A DNA stretch of 64,000 bases from a bacterium (GCA_021813125.1 JAKALT010000003.1:7800-71799), one strand, 5' to 3'; shown: positions 1-9,713, numbered from the stretch's first letter. Translations and numbers: made by a program. The notes: generated by a model from the letters alone, not told the origin.

Positions 1-19
1 ATACGTTTGATACATTTTT

Positions 20-1102
20 TTACACTCCCCAGACGCCTGATCCGTAATTTTTGACAAATCCCGAAAGTTCCATCAAAGAAAGTGCCGCCGATACTTTTTC
101 TATCGGCAATCTAGCTTCCTTGGCGATTGCATCAATATGCTTCGTTCCCCCATCCAAAATTGATAAAATCAACGCCTGATCCTTGTCTTTTGGTTTCTGG
201 TTCCTGGTCTCTGGTAACTGGTCTCTTTTCCTACTAATATCCAGCACCTCCAAAATATCCTCCGCGACTGTCGCCACATGCACCCCATCTTTTATCAGGT
301 TATTCGTCCCCTCGCTGGTTTTAGAAGTCACAAGCCCGGGCACTGCAAACACTTCCCTACCTTGCTCTGCCGCATAACCTGCGGTGATTAATGACCCAGA
401 ATCGACAGCCGCTTCTGTTACCAAAACTCCAAGAGACAATCCACTAATGATGCGGTTTCTGGCCGTAAAATTGTTCGGCAAGGCAGGGAACCCAAGCGGA
501 AATTCACTAATCAACGCCCCGTTTTTTACGACATCCTCCGCCAAGTTTCGGTTTTGGGGCGGGTAAATATTATCTAGCCCTGATCCAAGAACGGCTATTG
601 TCCGCCCACCGCTATCAAGTGCCATTCTATGAGCTACTGAATCTATCCCCCGCGCCAAACCGCTGATTATAGTCAGTCCATTCTTCGAAAGATCAAACAC
701 CAATTTCTCCGTTATCTGTCTTCCGTAAATCGTCGCATTACGGGAACCAACAACAGCTACAGCCAAATCATCGGCAGGAAGCAAATTTCCCCGGAAATAC
801 AAAACCGCGGGGCAGGCTTCCAGTTGACGCAAATTCGCAGGATAATCACGGTCAATCTTGGCGACTACTTTAATCCCCATCGCGTAAACTTTTTCAAGAT
901 AAATCTTCGGATCTACTTTATTTCGAAAATCGACTATCGATGCCTTAGTCTTTGCGTCAATCTTTAGCGAATTAATTTCTCCATCCGACGCGTCCCAAAA
1001 ATTCTTGAGCGATTTAAACTTTTTAAAAATATAAGAAAATGTCTGCGACCCGACCCCACCAATCGCACTCGTCGCCACCCAATAGGCCAATTCTCTGTTC
1101 AT
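20..1102 (-). CDS. dprA: DNA-processing protein DprA
   Basis: AVVGSR, ISGLARGIDS, FTARNRIISGLS, EAAVDSGSLITA, GREVFAVPG motifs; C-terminal winged helix. Confidence 0.97.
   Translation of the reverse strand: MNRELAYWVATSAIGGVGSQTFSYIFKKFKSLKNFWDASDGEINSLKIDAKTKASIVDFRNKVDPKIYLEKVYAMGIKVVAKIDRDYPANLRQLEACPAVLYFRGNLLPADDLAVAVVGSRNATIYGRQITEKLVFDLSKNGLTIISGLARGIDSVAHRMALDSGGRTIAVLGSGLDNIYPPQNRNLAEDVVKNGALISEFPLGFPALPNNFTARNRIISGLSLGVLVTEAAVDSGSLITAGYAAEQGREVFAVPGLVTSKTSEGTNNLIKDGVHVATVAEDILEVLDISRKRDQLPETRNQKPKDKDQALILSILDGGTKHIDAIAKEARLPIEKVSAALSLMELSGFVKNYGSGVWGV
191..225. repeat. 7-bp tandem array inside dprA
   Basis: tggtttc tggttcc tggtctc tggtaac tggtctc; encodes part of RDQLPETRNQKP in the DprA linker. 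Confidence 0.85.
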
Positions 1103-1111
1103 AAATAGATT

Positions 1112-1447
1112 TTAAAAGGGGAACCTCAAAATGCCAAGAGAATAAAGGACGATAATCAGTCCCACAACAAAAATACCTAGCGTGACCTTCCCAGCAATAT
1201 TAGCTATCTTACCTTTTAAAAGCTTAAATATAATAAAAAATATTAAGAAAGCAATTGGCAGGAAAATTACAAAAGCCCTAACAAAGGGGCCAAGCCCTGT
1301 AGTCATACCGCTACACTCGCCGGAATAATCACCAGACGCTATTCGCCCGAATGCACTTTCACAATACCATTCTGAATAATAAAAGGCAGCAAAAACTGAA
1401 ACTATGAAGCTTAAGGCCAGGCTTTTTAAAAAGACCACTCTAAACAC
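1112..1447 (-). CDS. Hypothetical membrane protein (3 TM)
   Basis: 111-aa ORF with three hydrophobic segments, co-directional with dprA. Confidence 0.7.
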   Translation of the reverse strand: MFRVVFLKSLALSFIVSVFAAFYYSEWYCESAFGRIASGDYSGECSGMTTGLGPFVRAFVIFLPIAFLIFFIIFKLLKGKIANIAGKVTLGIFVVGLIIVLYSLGILRFPF

Positions 1448-1472
1448 ATTAGAGTACTATATTGAATCTTTG

Positions 1473-1970
1473 TCAAACACCCTGCTCTTGTTCGCGTTGT
1501 TTTTTTAAATCTATTGCGGTTTGCATAATTTCCCCCAACTGCTTCGCTGCTTGGAGCCTTAGCCTCAAGGCAGTTAAAGGAGATTTAATAGGCGTAAATT
1601 TCTTACTAAATTGATTATATTCAAGCTTGGTTCTCACATCACCCGATCTCGTCCTACGTGTTTTATAAATTCCCCTTCTTTCTGCAGTAACTATCGCGAA
1701 AGTTCCGTCTTCTGCGGGAATAAGCAAAGCGTGGCCATTGCCTGGCAATGAACCCAAATCTAGGGCATTCACGAGCGTAACATCTGCTTTTCTGGAACCT
1801 AATTGACCGGGACTCACAAACTGCTCTCTTGGGAAACATCCTAATTGATTAGCCTCTGCTATCATTTCCTCAAGCAACCTGTCAGTTTTTTCTACTTGTT
1901 GAGAAACACTGAACAAAATCCCCTTTTTGCGTACCTCGAACTGTTTTAATCTCTGTTCCGCTCGCTCCAT
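1473..1970 (-). CDS. Hypothetical protein
   Basis: 165-aa ORF filling the gap, 2 bp from its neighbour. Confidence 0.7.
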   Translation of the reverse strand: MERAEQRLKQFEVRKKGILFSVSQQVEKTDRLLEEMIAEANQLGCFPREQFVSPGQLGSRKADVTLVNALDLGSLPGNGHALLIPAEDGTFAIVTAERRGIYKTRRTRSGDVRTKLEYNQFSKKFTPIKSPLTALRLRLQAAKQLGEIMQTAIDLKKQREQEQGV

Positions 1971-1972
1971 AA

Positions 1973-2338
1973 TTATATTTTTGGAATTGGGCCGGGGGCT
2001 ACACCAGAAACTTCAAGTTTTGATAGGTCATCATAGGCAGATTTTGCAAAAGAAAGCATCATCGTCCAAGCCTCCCCTTCACCTTTTTCCCTTACAGCAC
2101 TACCTATAACACCTAAAAACGATGCTCTTTTGATATCCTCACCCTCAAAACCTTCGTCTAAAAATGCCCTCTCTTGAACAGCAATCATTCGGTTTAAACC
2201 ATCGGAGCCGAATGGCTCTAAACCCAATGTAGTTAAGACAGAATCGATTCGTTTTGTATATGCAGTTCTGTACCAATCATAAGCCTTCTCACCCTCATTC
2301 GGTAAGTTAACTGCTGTCGCATCATTCGCTTCAATCAT
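1973..2338 (-). CDS. Hypothetical protein
   Basis: 121-aa ORF, ATG start, non-overlapping. Confidence 0.7.
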   Translation of the reverse strand: MIEANDATAVNLPNEGEKAYDWYRTAYTKRIDSVLTTLGLEPFGSDGLNRMIAVQERAFLDEGFEGEDIKRASFLGVIGSAVREKGEGEAWTMMLSFAKSAYDDLSKLEVSGVAPGPIPKI

Positions 2339-2361
2339 AAGTGGGATTTATACAACAAAGC

Positions 2362-2922
2362 TCAAACTTTTTCAAACATATCCGCTTCGAGTTTTGCCCG
2401 GCCCGCAATAAACTTGGCGGCAAGCTTTGCCTGCTCGCGGCGAAATGCTAGAGATGTCATAAGAGCGTTTTTGTTAAGTTCTAAAACCAGCTTTTCTAGG
2501 CTTTGGGCGTCAAATGCCAAGGCAACACTTTTATAATTTTTAATTGCCGCGCGAATTAAAGCCTGCCCGCCGATATCCATAGATTCCGGAAAAGTTTCGG
2601 CATTCGGCGCGTACAAATCGACAACAACAAGGTCAAACGGTTCCAGGTTTTCGCTTTTTAGTTGGGCTACATGGTCCGAGCTTTCCCTGTCTGCCAAGAT
2701 TCTCACAAAATTCGCCCTGTCCAAACTTTTTACGCGACCACCGTAATCAAACCCATGGATAACAGACTGGGCATTAAACCCTTTGGCTTTGACATAATCC
2801 ACAGTTCCCCCCGTTCCCCAAAACTTTGTCCTTTGCATGTCCAAAACACCCAAAAGGCCGTCCAAAACGCTCTTTTCAAATACTGCCGCAAATACGTTAT
2901 TTACTTCGATTAAGTCACTCAT
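2362..2922 (-). CDS. purH: Stand-alone IMP cyclohydrolase (MGS-like) domain of PurH
   Basis: GTGGT, GGRVKSL, DLVVVDLY, DIGGQALIRAAIKNY match the PurH N-terminal domain. Confidence 0.88.
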   Translation of the reverse strand: MSDLIEVNNVFAAVFEKSVLDGLLGVLDMQRTKFWGTGGTVDYVKAKGFNAQSVIHGFDYGGRVKSLDRANFVRILADRESSDHVAQLKSENLEPFDLVVVDLYAPNAETFPESMDIGGQALIRAAIKNYKSVALAFDAQSLEKLVLELNKNALMTSLAFRREQAKLAAKFIAGRAKLEADMFEKV

Positions 2923-2926
2923 TACT

Positions 2927-2967
2927 ACCTTTGAAACCTTTGATACTTTTGATACATCTGATACATT
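2927..2967. repeat. 9-bp tandem array filling the gap between the two purH halves
   Basis: acctttgaa acctttgat acttttgat acatctgat; related sequence at 1-19. Confidence 0.75.
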
Positions 2968-3936
2968 CTAGTGTTTAAAATGCCTCACCCCTGTAAACAC
3001 CATCGTTATACCATGTTTTTTGGAAGCGGCAATTACCGCTTCGTCGTTAATGGACCCTCCCGGCTGGATTATTGCCGAAATTCCGGCTCTTGCGGCCAGT
3101 TCCACATTGTCCGGGAACGGGAAAAACGCATCGCTTGCCATAACGGCACCTGCCGTTTTTTCTTTAGTAACCGACCAGTTCCTGTCTTCCGGCTTTTTCC
3201 CCTGCGCCTGATGCAAAGCAAGCATGGTGGAATTGACACGGTTTGGTTGTCCTGTCCCCATTCCCAGCATATTTTCGCCGCGGGCTAAAACTATCGCGTT
3301 GCTTTTGACATGTTTTACCACCCTCCAGGCAAATTCCAAATCTGCTGTCATTTTGGCATCGGGCGCTTTCCCGCAAACTACATTCCACGCTTTTGGCGAC
3401 TCGTCAATTTCGTCTGCCGTCTGCACCAAATATCCGCCGAAAGCCCGTGTGAATTCCAAAAGCTTTGCCGGTCTTTCTGCTTTGACGACGCGCATTTTGG
3501 CACTTCGCTTTTTCAATCTTTCCAAAATCGGTTCGGAAAATTTGGGCGCAACCATTAGTTCGAAAAATTTACCGCGCATTGCCTCAATCATGTCTAAAGT
3601 CGGCTCGCGGTTTACGGCAACTATTCCCCCGAAAGCACTGACGGAATCGGAAGCATAAGCCAAATTGAAAGCTTCCGTTAAATTTTCCCGCGAAGCAATT
3701 CCGCTGGGATTTGCGTGTTTTATGACAGCAACAGTCGGCCGTTCAAATTCCAAAACCAGCTTCCAAGCCTGGTTGGCATCCCCAATGTTGTTGTGCGAAA
3801 GCTCGATTCCCCAAAGCTGCTCAAAACCGGGTTTGCTGTCTTCAATATAGAACGCGCTACTTTGATGGGGATTTTCCCCATAACGCATATCTTTAAATTT
3901 CTTAAGGTTGATTTTAAGGTCCTTTGGCAAATCCAC
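2968..3936 (-). CDS. purH: Stand-alone AICAR transformylase domain of PurH
   Basis: MRYGENPHQ, IKHANPSG, SAFGG, VKSNAIV, ASDAFFPFPD, QPGGS, TGVRHFKH. Confidence 0.95.
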   Translation of the reverse strand: MDLPKDLKINLKKFKDMRYGENPHQSSAFYIEDSKPGFEQLWGIELSHNNIGDANQAWKLVLEFERPTVAVIKHANPSGIASRENLTEAFNLAYASDSVSAFGGIVAVNREPTLDMIEAMRGKFFELMVAPKFSEPILERLKKRSAKMRVVKAERPAKLLEFTRAFGGYLVQTADEIDESPKAWNVVCGKAPDAKMTADLEFAWRVVKHVKSNAIVLARGENMLGMGTGQPNRVNSTMLALHQAQGKKPEDRNWSVTKEKTAGAVMASDAFFPFPDNVELAARAGISAIIQPGGSINDEAVIAASKKHGITMVFTGVRHFKH

Positions 3937-3942
3937 TGTTTT

Positions 3943-4027
3943 TTAATTGTTAATAGTTAATCGTTAATAGTTAGTAAAAATTCATTTCCACCAACAATAA
4001 ACCATAAACTATGAACAATGAACTACT
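3943..4027. repeat. Pair of inverted 7-bp tandem arrays (imperfect hairpin)
   Basis: ttaattg ttaatag ttaatcg ttaatag (from 3943) facing aacaata aaccata aactatg aacaatg aactact (3993-4027). Confidence 0.75.
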
Positions 4028-5771
4028 TCCTATTCTTAACCCACCAGTCCAAAATTTCCCTGGCAACGGGCCCGGCAACTACCGAACCTTCGCCGCCGTT
4101 TTCAACAACAACAGTAATCGTAACGGCAGGTTTATCAAACGGCGCATAAGCCGTAAACCATGCATGCGGATCGCCCAAAGTTTTCTCGGCCGTTCCTGTT
4201 TTGCATCCTACATTATACTGTGCGTTAAAAAAAGGCGCGCCTGTTCCACCGGTTTGGCAGGCTTGCTCCATACCAGATCGTACTACATCCAGAAACTTTG
4301 AATCAACTAAATTCTCCGCTTTAACATTCCCTTTAAAGTTAATTTCGGCACCACCCGTACCCGGATCTATCTTCGAAACAACATAAGGCTTAGTCAGTTT
4401 TCCGCTGGCAACATAGGAAGTCATCTGGTTAATTTGAATTGGTGTTGCCAGCAAAAATCCCTGGCCGATCCCAAGATGCATCGTGTCCCCGACATACCAA
4501 TCTTCGGAAAGTGTTGACCTCTTCCACACCCCGTCCGGAACCAATCCAAACGCTTCTCCAGGTAAATCGATTCCGGTAACCTGTCCAAACCCTAACTTTA
4601 CCAGCATTTTATGAAGGTCCTCTATCCCAATCATTTGGGCCGCCTTAAAGAAAAAAATGTCATTGGACCTGGCAATAGCCCGGTCAATTTTGATGATTCC
4701 GTCTGTCTTGCCGTACTGGTTGAAGTACCAATTGGAAAAAGTAGTCCCCGAAAGTTCAAACTTGCCGACATCTTCTATTTCGGTATCCGGAGTAATTTTC
4801 CCCGTAGAGAGTCCGGCCAACGCAACCGCCAGTTTAAAAACCGAACCGGGCGGGTAAACTCCCTGGATCGCCCTGTCAAAAAAAGGCTGATTCACGTCTC
4901 CTACGGATTTTCCAATATCAAATGGGTCAAAAGACGGTGCAGACGCTAAAGCCAAAATCTCACCTGTTTGCGGGTTTTGGACAATAACAGCTCCCTTTTT
5001 TGTTCCAATTTTCTCGGTTTGTTTTTTTAAAGCGTCAAAGGCAATCTTCTGTAAATTGGAATCTAACGTAATATGAATGTCGCGTCCGGTTACAGCCTGC
5101 GCATCACCCAAAATGGAAATTTTATTGCCAGTTGCGTCAATTTCGACTAACTTTTCACCCGGCTTGCCCTGCAAAAAACTGTCATAAGCCTGCTCAACAC
5201 CAAGCCGGCCTACGGAATTTATCTTGGAAAGGTTTGGGTTGTTTTCAAAATCCGAACTGTTGGCAACACTGGTATAACCCAAAATATGGGCGGTAACATC
5301 ACCCAATGTGTAAACGCGCTTAACACCTTGTTTTATCTGTCCCAGCTCTCCCTTAAAATTTTCTCCCGCAAGTCCCTGTTTTTCCAAATCTTGGGCTTGT
5401 TGGTTTGTAATCGGTGTATTGTGACCGTCTTTTGTTAAAAGATAAGAAGTCTGCGACTGGGCTAAAATTCCGCCATTCCTGTCAAATATCCTTCCTCTTG
5501 GAGCTTCAGTTTGCACCAGGTGCACCCTGTTTCCTTCCGAAAGCTCCTTATTTTCCGCCCCGTGGACTATGGAAAGAGAAAACAGTCTGCCGACAAATAC
5601 AAAAAGTATTAAAACCACAAGAATATAAAAAGGGTAAAAGACGGAGATAGGAAAGCTTCCTCCGTCACGATACAAAACCGAAGGGTCTGCGTCGCGAAAC
5701 TTCCAGCGGCGTTTGCGCTCGGAGCTTATGGAATATTCCATTCCCAGTAACCTTGGCTTTGGCTTCTTCAC
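4023..5771 (-). CDS. mrdA: Penicillin-binding protein 2 (class B transpeptidase)
   Basis: TM anchor, APRGRIFDRNG, PGSVFK (SxxK), SND, KTGTAE; downstream of mreB. Confidence 0.93.
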   Translation of the reverse strand: MKKPKPRLLGMEYSISSERKRRWKFRDADPSVLYRDGGSFPISVFYPFYILVVLILFVFVGRLFSLSIVHGAENKELSEGNRVHLVQTEAPRGRIFDRNGGILAQSQTSYLLTKDGHNTPITNQQAQDLEKQGLAGENFKGELGQIKQGVKRVYTLGDVTAHILGYTSVANSSDFENNPNLSKINSVGRLGVEQAYDSFLQGKPGEKLVEIDATGNKISILGDAQAVTGRDIHITLDSNLQKIAFDALKKQTEKIGTKKGAVIVQNPQTGEILALASAPSFDPFDIGKSVGDVNQPFFDRAIQGVYPPGSVFKLAVALAGLSTGKITPDTEIEDVGKFELSGTTFSNWYFNQYGKTDGIIKIDRAIARSNDIFFFKAAQMIGIEDLHKMLVKLGFGQVTGIDLPGEAFGLVPDGVWKRSTLSEDWYVGDTMHLGIGQGFLLATPIQINQMTSYVASGKLTKPYVVSKIDPGTGGAEINFKGNVKAENLVDSKFLDVVRSGMEQACQTGGTGAPFFNAQYNVGCKTGTAEKTLGDPHAWFTAYAPFDKPAVTITVVVENGGEGSVVAGPVAREILDWWVKNRK

Positions 5772-5783
5772 GCAGTTAGTTTT

Positions 5784-5827
5784 TGTTTACACTGAGCATT
5801 TTAATGCGAACGTGTTTACCCTGAGCA
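5784..5827. repeat. 15-bp direct repeat between mreB and mrdA
   Basis: tgtttacactgagca (5784-5798) and tgtttaccctgagca (5813-5827). Confidence 0.7.
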
Positions 5828-5837
5828 ATAATTCATA

Positions 5838-6890
5838 TTATTGTGAATGGGCGATTTTTACCTTCTCAAGGAGTTCTTGATTTTCTAAAAGCTTCGCGCA
5901 GCCTAAAACCACACAAGTTAGCGGCTCATTGGCAACAACAACAGGCATTTTGGTTTCCGAAGAAATAAACTTTGGCAAACCCCAAAGTAGTGCGCCGCCG
6001 CCGCAAAGCACTATCCCGCGTTCCGAAATGTCGGCAGCAAGCTCCGGTGGCGCATCCTCAATTGTGTCACGGATTGCATCCACAATTGTATTTATAGTCG
6101 GAGACAATGCTTCTCTGATTTGCGTTGATGTTAACTTGACGGATTTTGGAAGACCCTTTTCCAAATCGCGACCCCGAACAACCATCTGCTTTTCAACCGG
6201 CATTGGGAAAGCACTTCCTAAAAGCATCTTCACTTCCTCTGCGGTTTTTTCCCCAAGGGCCAGCCCGAAACGGAACCTGACGTAATTTATGATATCCCGC
6301 TCCATAGTATCGCCTGCCATTTTCAGCGATTTACCGGTAACCACTCCGCCCAAAGATATAACTGCCATGTCACTCGTGCCACCGCCTATATCTACAATCA
6401 TCGAACCTATAGGCTCCCAAACAGCCAACCCTGCCCCAACGGCAGCCGCCATTGGTTCCTCAACTAGATAAGCCTCCCTTGCACCGGATGCCCTGGCAAC
6501 ATCCAAAAGCGCCCGCTTTTCCACTTCCGTTACTTGCGAAGGCACACCTAAAATTATTCGCGGCCTGGGAATGGAAACTTTTTTATTTGGGGTGGAGTGG
6601 ATTTTTTTAACGAAATAAGAAAGCATTGCCAAAGTCGTGTCGTAGTCCGAAATAACCCCGTCCTTCATCGGCCTCACGGTCACAAGATTTGCAGGCGTCC
6701 TACCTATCATTTTTCTGGCCTCCGCGCCGATTGCAATAACATTTTTTGTCTTTTTATGAAGAGCCACAATCGAAGGCTCGCGGACGACTACACCTTTACC
6801 GGAAACATAAATTAGTGTGTTTGCAGTACCCAAATCTACACCCAAATCCGAAGAAAAATAGCCAAGGATATTATCAATAACCGGAATCAT
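5838..6890 (-). CDS. mreB: Rod shape-determining protein MreB
   Basis: GVDLGTANT, EPMAAAVGAG, VDIGGGTSD, LCGGGALL. Confidence 0.97.
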   Translation of the reverse strand: MIPVIDNILGYFSSDLGVDLGTANTLIYVSGKGVVVREPSIVALHKKTKNVIAIGAEARKMIGRTPANLVTVRPMKDGVISDYDTTLAMLSYFVKKIHSTPNKKVSIPRPRIILGVPSQVTEVEKRALLDVARASGAREAYLVEEPMAAAVGAGLAVWEPIGSMIVDIGGGTSDMAVISLGGVVTGKSLKMAGDTMERDIINYVRFRFGLALGEKTAEEVKMLLGSAFPMPVEKQMVVRGRDLEKGLPKSVKLTSTQIREALSPTINTIVDAIRDTIEDAPPELAADISERGIVLCGGGALLWGLPKFISSETKMPVVVANEPLTCVVLGCAKLLENQELLEKVKIAHSQ

Positions 6891-6948
6891 AGAAGCGCCA
6901 CAAAGTATAACGCATCAGGCAGCGCTTTAGAAGTCTTTGATCAACTAA

Positions 6949-7941
6949 TTAATTTATGAATGTGAACGTAGATAAAACCCGTTTTATCTTATTCCAGTCA
7001 TCAGTTTTTTGATCCCCTTTGAAAAATACCTCAAAAACATTCTCCTTCTCCTCGCCTTTCGTAATAAAACCAACTCCCAACGATGGGATATTATTCTCTT
7101 GAAAAACGGTCAAGCCAATGTGCCTATTCCCAATTTGTTTTTCAAAAGTCTCATATTTAGATCCTCCGCCATCGATACCTCCATCGCAATCCATTGGTTT
7201 GATTCTAAAAACTGAACCGCCGCTAGAAACTAATGTTAATTGATTTGCCCTGATATCGCTGCACTTATCCAACGACAGAGACCAATTTTGGGGGTATTGA
7301 AAAGTAAAGTTGAAACTGTTGTTTGTATACGTTTTCCACCCCGCCGTTTCGTCGGAGATAAATTTGAAGGTGGAAAGGATTTGGTCTACAGTTTCTTGAA
7401 AACTTGCTTCGGTGTAGTAACTCTCACCGTTAAAACCGATTAATACTAATGTTTTCCCCTGGTTGTTTTCTACAAAAACCAGGATGGCTTCTTTTTTATT
7501 TGCATTTATTATCAACTGTTCAATTGCTCTTCTTCCCGAAACTGTTATCGATTTTGAATATTTCAGAGAATCACTGGCCGAAACATGATTTCTTGCTTCT
7601 CCTTCGATTGAAGTGTCAGTAATTGCGCAGAGCCCAAAACCGGTTTTCGAGGAGTCCTTTGGTCCAACATAGAATCCACAGCCAAGTTCTTCCCAGCTTC
7701 CCTTTGCTTCCCAGTTTGTTGGGTACTTAAATGAAAGTTTATAATAAGATTCTTCAATGAAGGTTTTCCAGTTTGAAGTTTCGTCAACTGAGGCCAAAGG
7801 CGAACTTTGCACCTCTGTTTTTTGATCAACAACTGGAGGTTTCTTGAGGTATTTCTGATAGCCGAACAATGCAACCGCGCCAACTGCAAGTGCAATTACA
7901 ACAACTACTAAAATCGGTACGAAGCCCCGGACAGGTTTCAC
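6949..7941 (-). CDS. Pilin-leader surface protein with two PsbP/Mog1-like variable domains (array member)
   Basis: VKPVRG|FVPIL leader + TM; ETSNWKTF..KYP..DQILSTFKF followed by ETAGWKTYTN..QYP..VLSTFTF; GTG 7941 chosen by homology to 17959 (ORF track starts at 7947); fold is inferred. Confidence 0.8.
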   Translation of the reverse strand: MKPVRGFVPILVVVVIALAVGAVALFGYQKYLKKPPVVDQKTEVQSSPLASVDETSNWKTFIEESYYKLSFKYPTNWEAKGSWEELGCGFYVGPKDSSKTGFGLCAITDTSIEGEARNHVSASDSLKYSKSITVSGRRAIEQLIINANKKEAILVFVENNQGKTLVLIGFNGESYYTEASFQETVDQILSTFKFISDETAGWKTYTNNSFNFTFQYPQNWSLSLDKCSDIRANQLTLVSSGGSVFRIKPMDCDGGIDGGGSKYETFEKQIGNRHIGLTVFQENNIPSLGVGFITKGEEKENVFEVFFKGDQKTDDWNKIKRVLSTFTFIN

Positions 7942-7948
7942 TAACATA

Positions 7949-7977
7949 ATCGTAAATCTAAAACATTAGATTGTAAA
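7949..7977 (-). promoter_or_regulatory. Sigma70 promoter, leaderless transcript
   Basis: TTTACA-17bp-TACGAT, 7 nt before GTG; same arrangement at 17967-17995. Confidence 0.7.
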
Positions 7978-7985
7978 TGCTTTTT

Positions 7986-8018
7986 AAGGACAGTCCTTCA
8001 ATACTAAGGGCTGTCCTT
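7986..8018. repeat. REP-like hairpin (AAGGNCAGSCCTT family)
   Basis: aaggacagtcctt-caatact-aagggctgtcctt; a single arm remains at the paralogous site 18004-18016. Confidence 0.75.
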
Positions 8019-8034
8019 GTCCTAAAAACTTTAA

Positions 8035-8646
8035 TTAATTTGTGAATTTAAAAGTCGAGAGGATTTGGTCTAATAAGGGTTTCTTCATATTTTCCGTGAT
8101 AATGAGTAAGTATCCCTCATTTGGTATCACAATAACGCGATAAGCTGGATTGTAACCACCATTTCCGCCGAGAGCCTCAACTGCTTTTTTACCATTAAAT
8201 ACTGTATCCTGTATTTTAATATTAGGTTTAGGATATGTACCGAAACTCTGGAGGTAATTATTGATCCATTGTTTTGGTGTTACATCGGTAGTCTCAGCAT
8301 ATATCTGTAATGTTATTGGTTCAGCGCTGATCACATTATCTGCATTATCCTGAATTATTAAGTGATCGGTTTCTTGATTAACAGGAATCCTCGGATTCTC
8401 CGCCTTTCGATCTAAATAATAAGGGGTGTGATTCTCAGGAAAATTTATCTCATACCCAAGTTTCGTATTTGTATACGTTTTCCAATTTGCGGTCGGATTT
8501 TGCTTAGTCGGAATTTCGGGCAACGTATCACCAATTATTTGTTTGCTGTGTATATATTTTTGGAGTAAGTAGATCGACAAAACACCAAGAATAAATCCAA
8601 TTACGGCAACGACAATAATCTGTATAAAACCACGGCGGGCAGACAT
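8035..8646 (-). CDS. Pilin-leader surface protein, one PsbP-like domain (array member)
   Basis: MSARRG|FIQII, TM, TANWKTYTNTKLGYEINFP, LDQILSTFKFTN. Confidence 0.82.
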   Translation of the reverse strand: MSARRGFIQIIVVAVIGFILGVLSIYLLQKYIHSKQIIGDTLPEIPTKQNPTANWKTYTNTKLGYEINFPENHTPYYLDRKAENPRIPVNQETDHLIIQDNADNVISAEPITLQIYAETTDVTPKQWINNYLQSFGTYPKPNIKIQDTVFNGKKAVEALGGNGGYNPAYRVIVIPNEGYLLIITENMKKPLLDQILSTFKFTN

Positions 8647-8677
8647 GATTCTAGTATTTCACTTCCATAACGAAGAG

Positions 8678-9115
8678 TCAAAGTGTTAGCTCTGAGATTA
8701 GGTCTTTAGGCGTGAGTGCTATCGCCGGTTTAAGAAACTTTGCAACCTTTTCATTTAAAAAGTCCTTGCGGTCTAATGTCACTAAGAAATCTGATTTTGA
8801 AAGCTTGGCTTCTGCCAGAATAACAGCGTCTTTTTGGGCAATGAACCTTTGCGCTTTTTGTAAAAGTTTAATATCGAATTGCGCTTTAAAAATTTGTGTC
8901 TGTCCGACAAGATTGAAAAAGCGCTCAAGATGGTATTCATGCAGTTTTGCCCTAACATTTCTTTCAGTCTCCGTCAAAACCCATGGGGAGACTAGCAACT
9001 TGATTTCTTTGATGGTAAATAGTTTTGCCGAACCGCCTGTTGGGGAATTGGTGGCTGTAAATAGGACGCTTGAGTCGACAAAGACAGTCTTCACAGCCTG
9101 TCTTCTTTTTGCCAC
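8678..9115 (-). CDS. PIN-domain (VapC-like) toxin
   Basis: VFVDSSVL, ETERN, KDAVIL, LVTLDRKDFL acidic PIN residues; overlaps the antitoxin; true start may be GTG 9094. Confidence 0.88.
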   Translation of the reverse strand: MAKRRQAVKTVFVDSSVLFTATNSPTGGSAKLFTIKEIKLLVSPWVLTETERNVRAKLHEYHLERFFNLVGQTQIFKAQFDIKLLQKAQRFIAQKDAVILAEAKLSKSDFLVTLDRKDFLNEKVAKFLKPAIALTPKDLISELTL

Positions 9116-9354
9116 TCGTTAATCTCTTTTTGACTGAAATTGCGCGTTTGTGGCAAAAGTTTTGGGTCGATAAATGTCTTGCCATAAATCTTTTTGACTT
9201 CTTCCTCCAAGTGTTTAAGGTAAGCAACATCAACAAGAGCTGCTTGTGGGTTGCCGCCCTTAGTAAGGACAATGTATTGACTGCCCCGGACTTTCCTGGC
9301 AAGGTTGCCTAAGCTGTTCCTAGCCCGGGTTATAGGTACTATGTTTGTATTCAT
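9091..9354 (-). CDS. Phd/YefM family antitoxin
   Basis: MNTNIVPITRARNSLGNL..IVLTKGGNPQAALV; start set at ATG 9354, just after the promoter. Confidence 0.88.
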   Translation of the reverse strand: MNTNIVPITRARNSLGNLARKVRGSQYIVLTKGGNPQAALVDVAYLKHLEEEVKKIYGKTFIDPKLLPQTRNFSQKEINEWQKEDRL

Positions 9355-9363
9355 AACGTTATA

Positions 9364-9410
9364 AGTATACATTATGTACAATAAAATGTCAAGTATTTTG
9401 TACAATAAAA
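9364..9410 (-). promoter_or_regulatory. Toxin-antitoxin promoter/operator
   Basis: TTGACA(9392-9387)-17bp-TATACT(9369-9364); duplicated TGTACAATAAAA at 9375-9386 and 9399-9410. Confidence 0.8.
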
Positions 9411-9417
9411 CGTGCAG

Positions 9418-9713
9418 TTAATTTAGAAATTTGAAGGTGGAGAGGATTTGTGTTGCTTTCGAGTCGAAATTTTCTTGTTTTAAACAATCAGAAGTCATCT
9501 TTTTTCGCAGGGCCGGTAATTAAATTCTATTGTTATTACGTCTTTCTTGGACGGACTTAAAAGAAATATTCTTTCTTGTTTTTCGGTTATTCCCTGATCG
9601 ATATGGGTGTAAAGAAACTTTTTTGTCTTAATATAATTTCCAGCAATTACTTGTTTACGGTCTTCCTCTTTCAAAAAGGTGCAATTAGCAAGAGCTCCTT
9701 GGGATTTTATCGG
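9418..9713 (-). pseudogene. 3' fragment of an array gene, close paralogue of 14255..14938
   Basis: Near-identical CTFLKEED..QVI.GNYIKTKKFLYT..DQGITEKQERIFLLSPSK..ITIEFNYRPCEK; 1-nt frameshift near 9498; ends TQILSTFKFLN*; 5' half missing. Confidence 0.9.

Noticed and set aside
3937-4022. ZTP riboswitch upstream of purH
   Set aside because: The gap is AT-rich heptamer repeats with no riboswitch consensus
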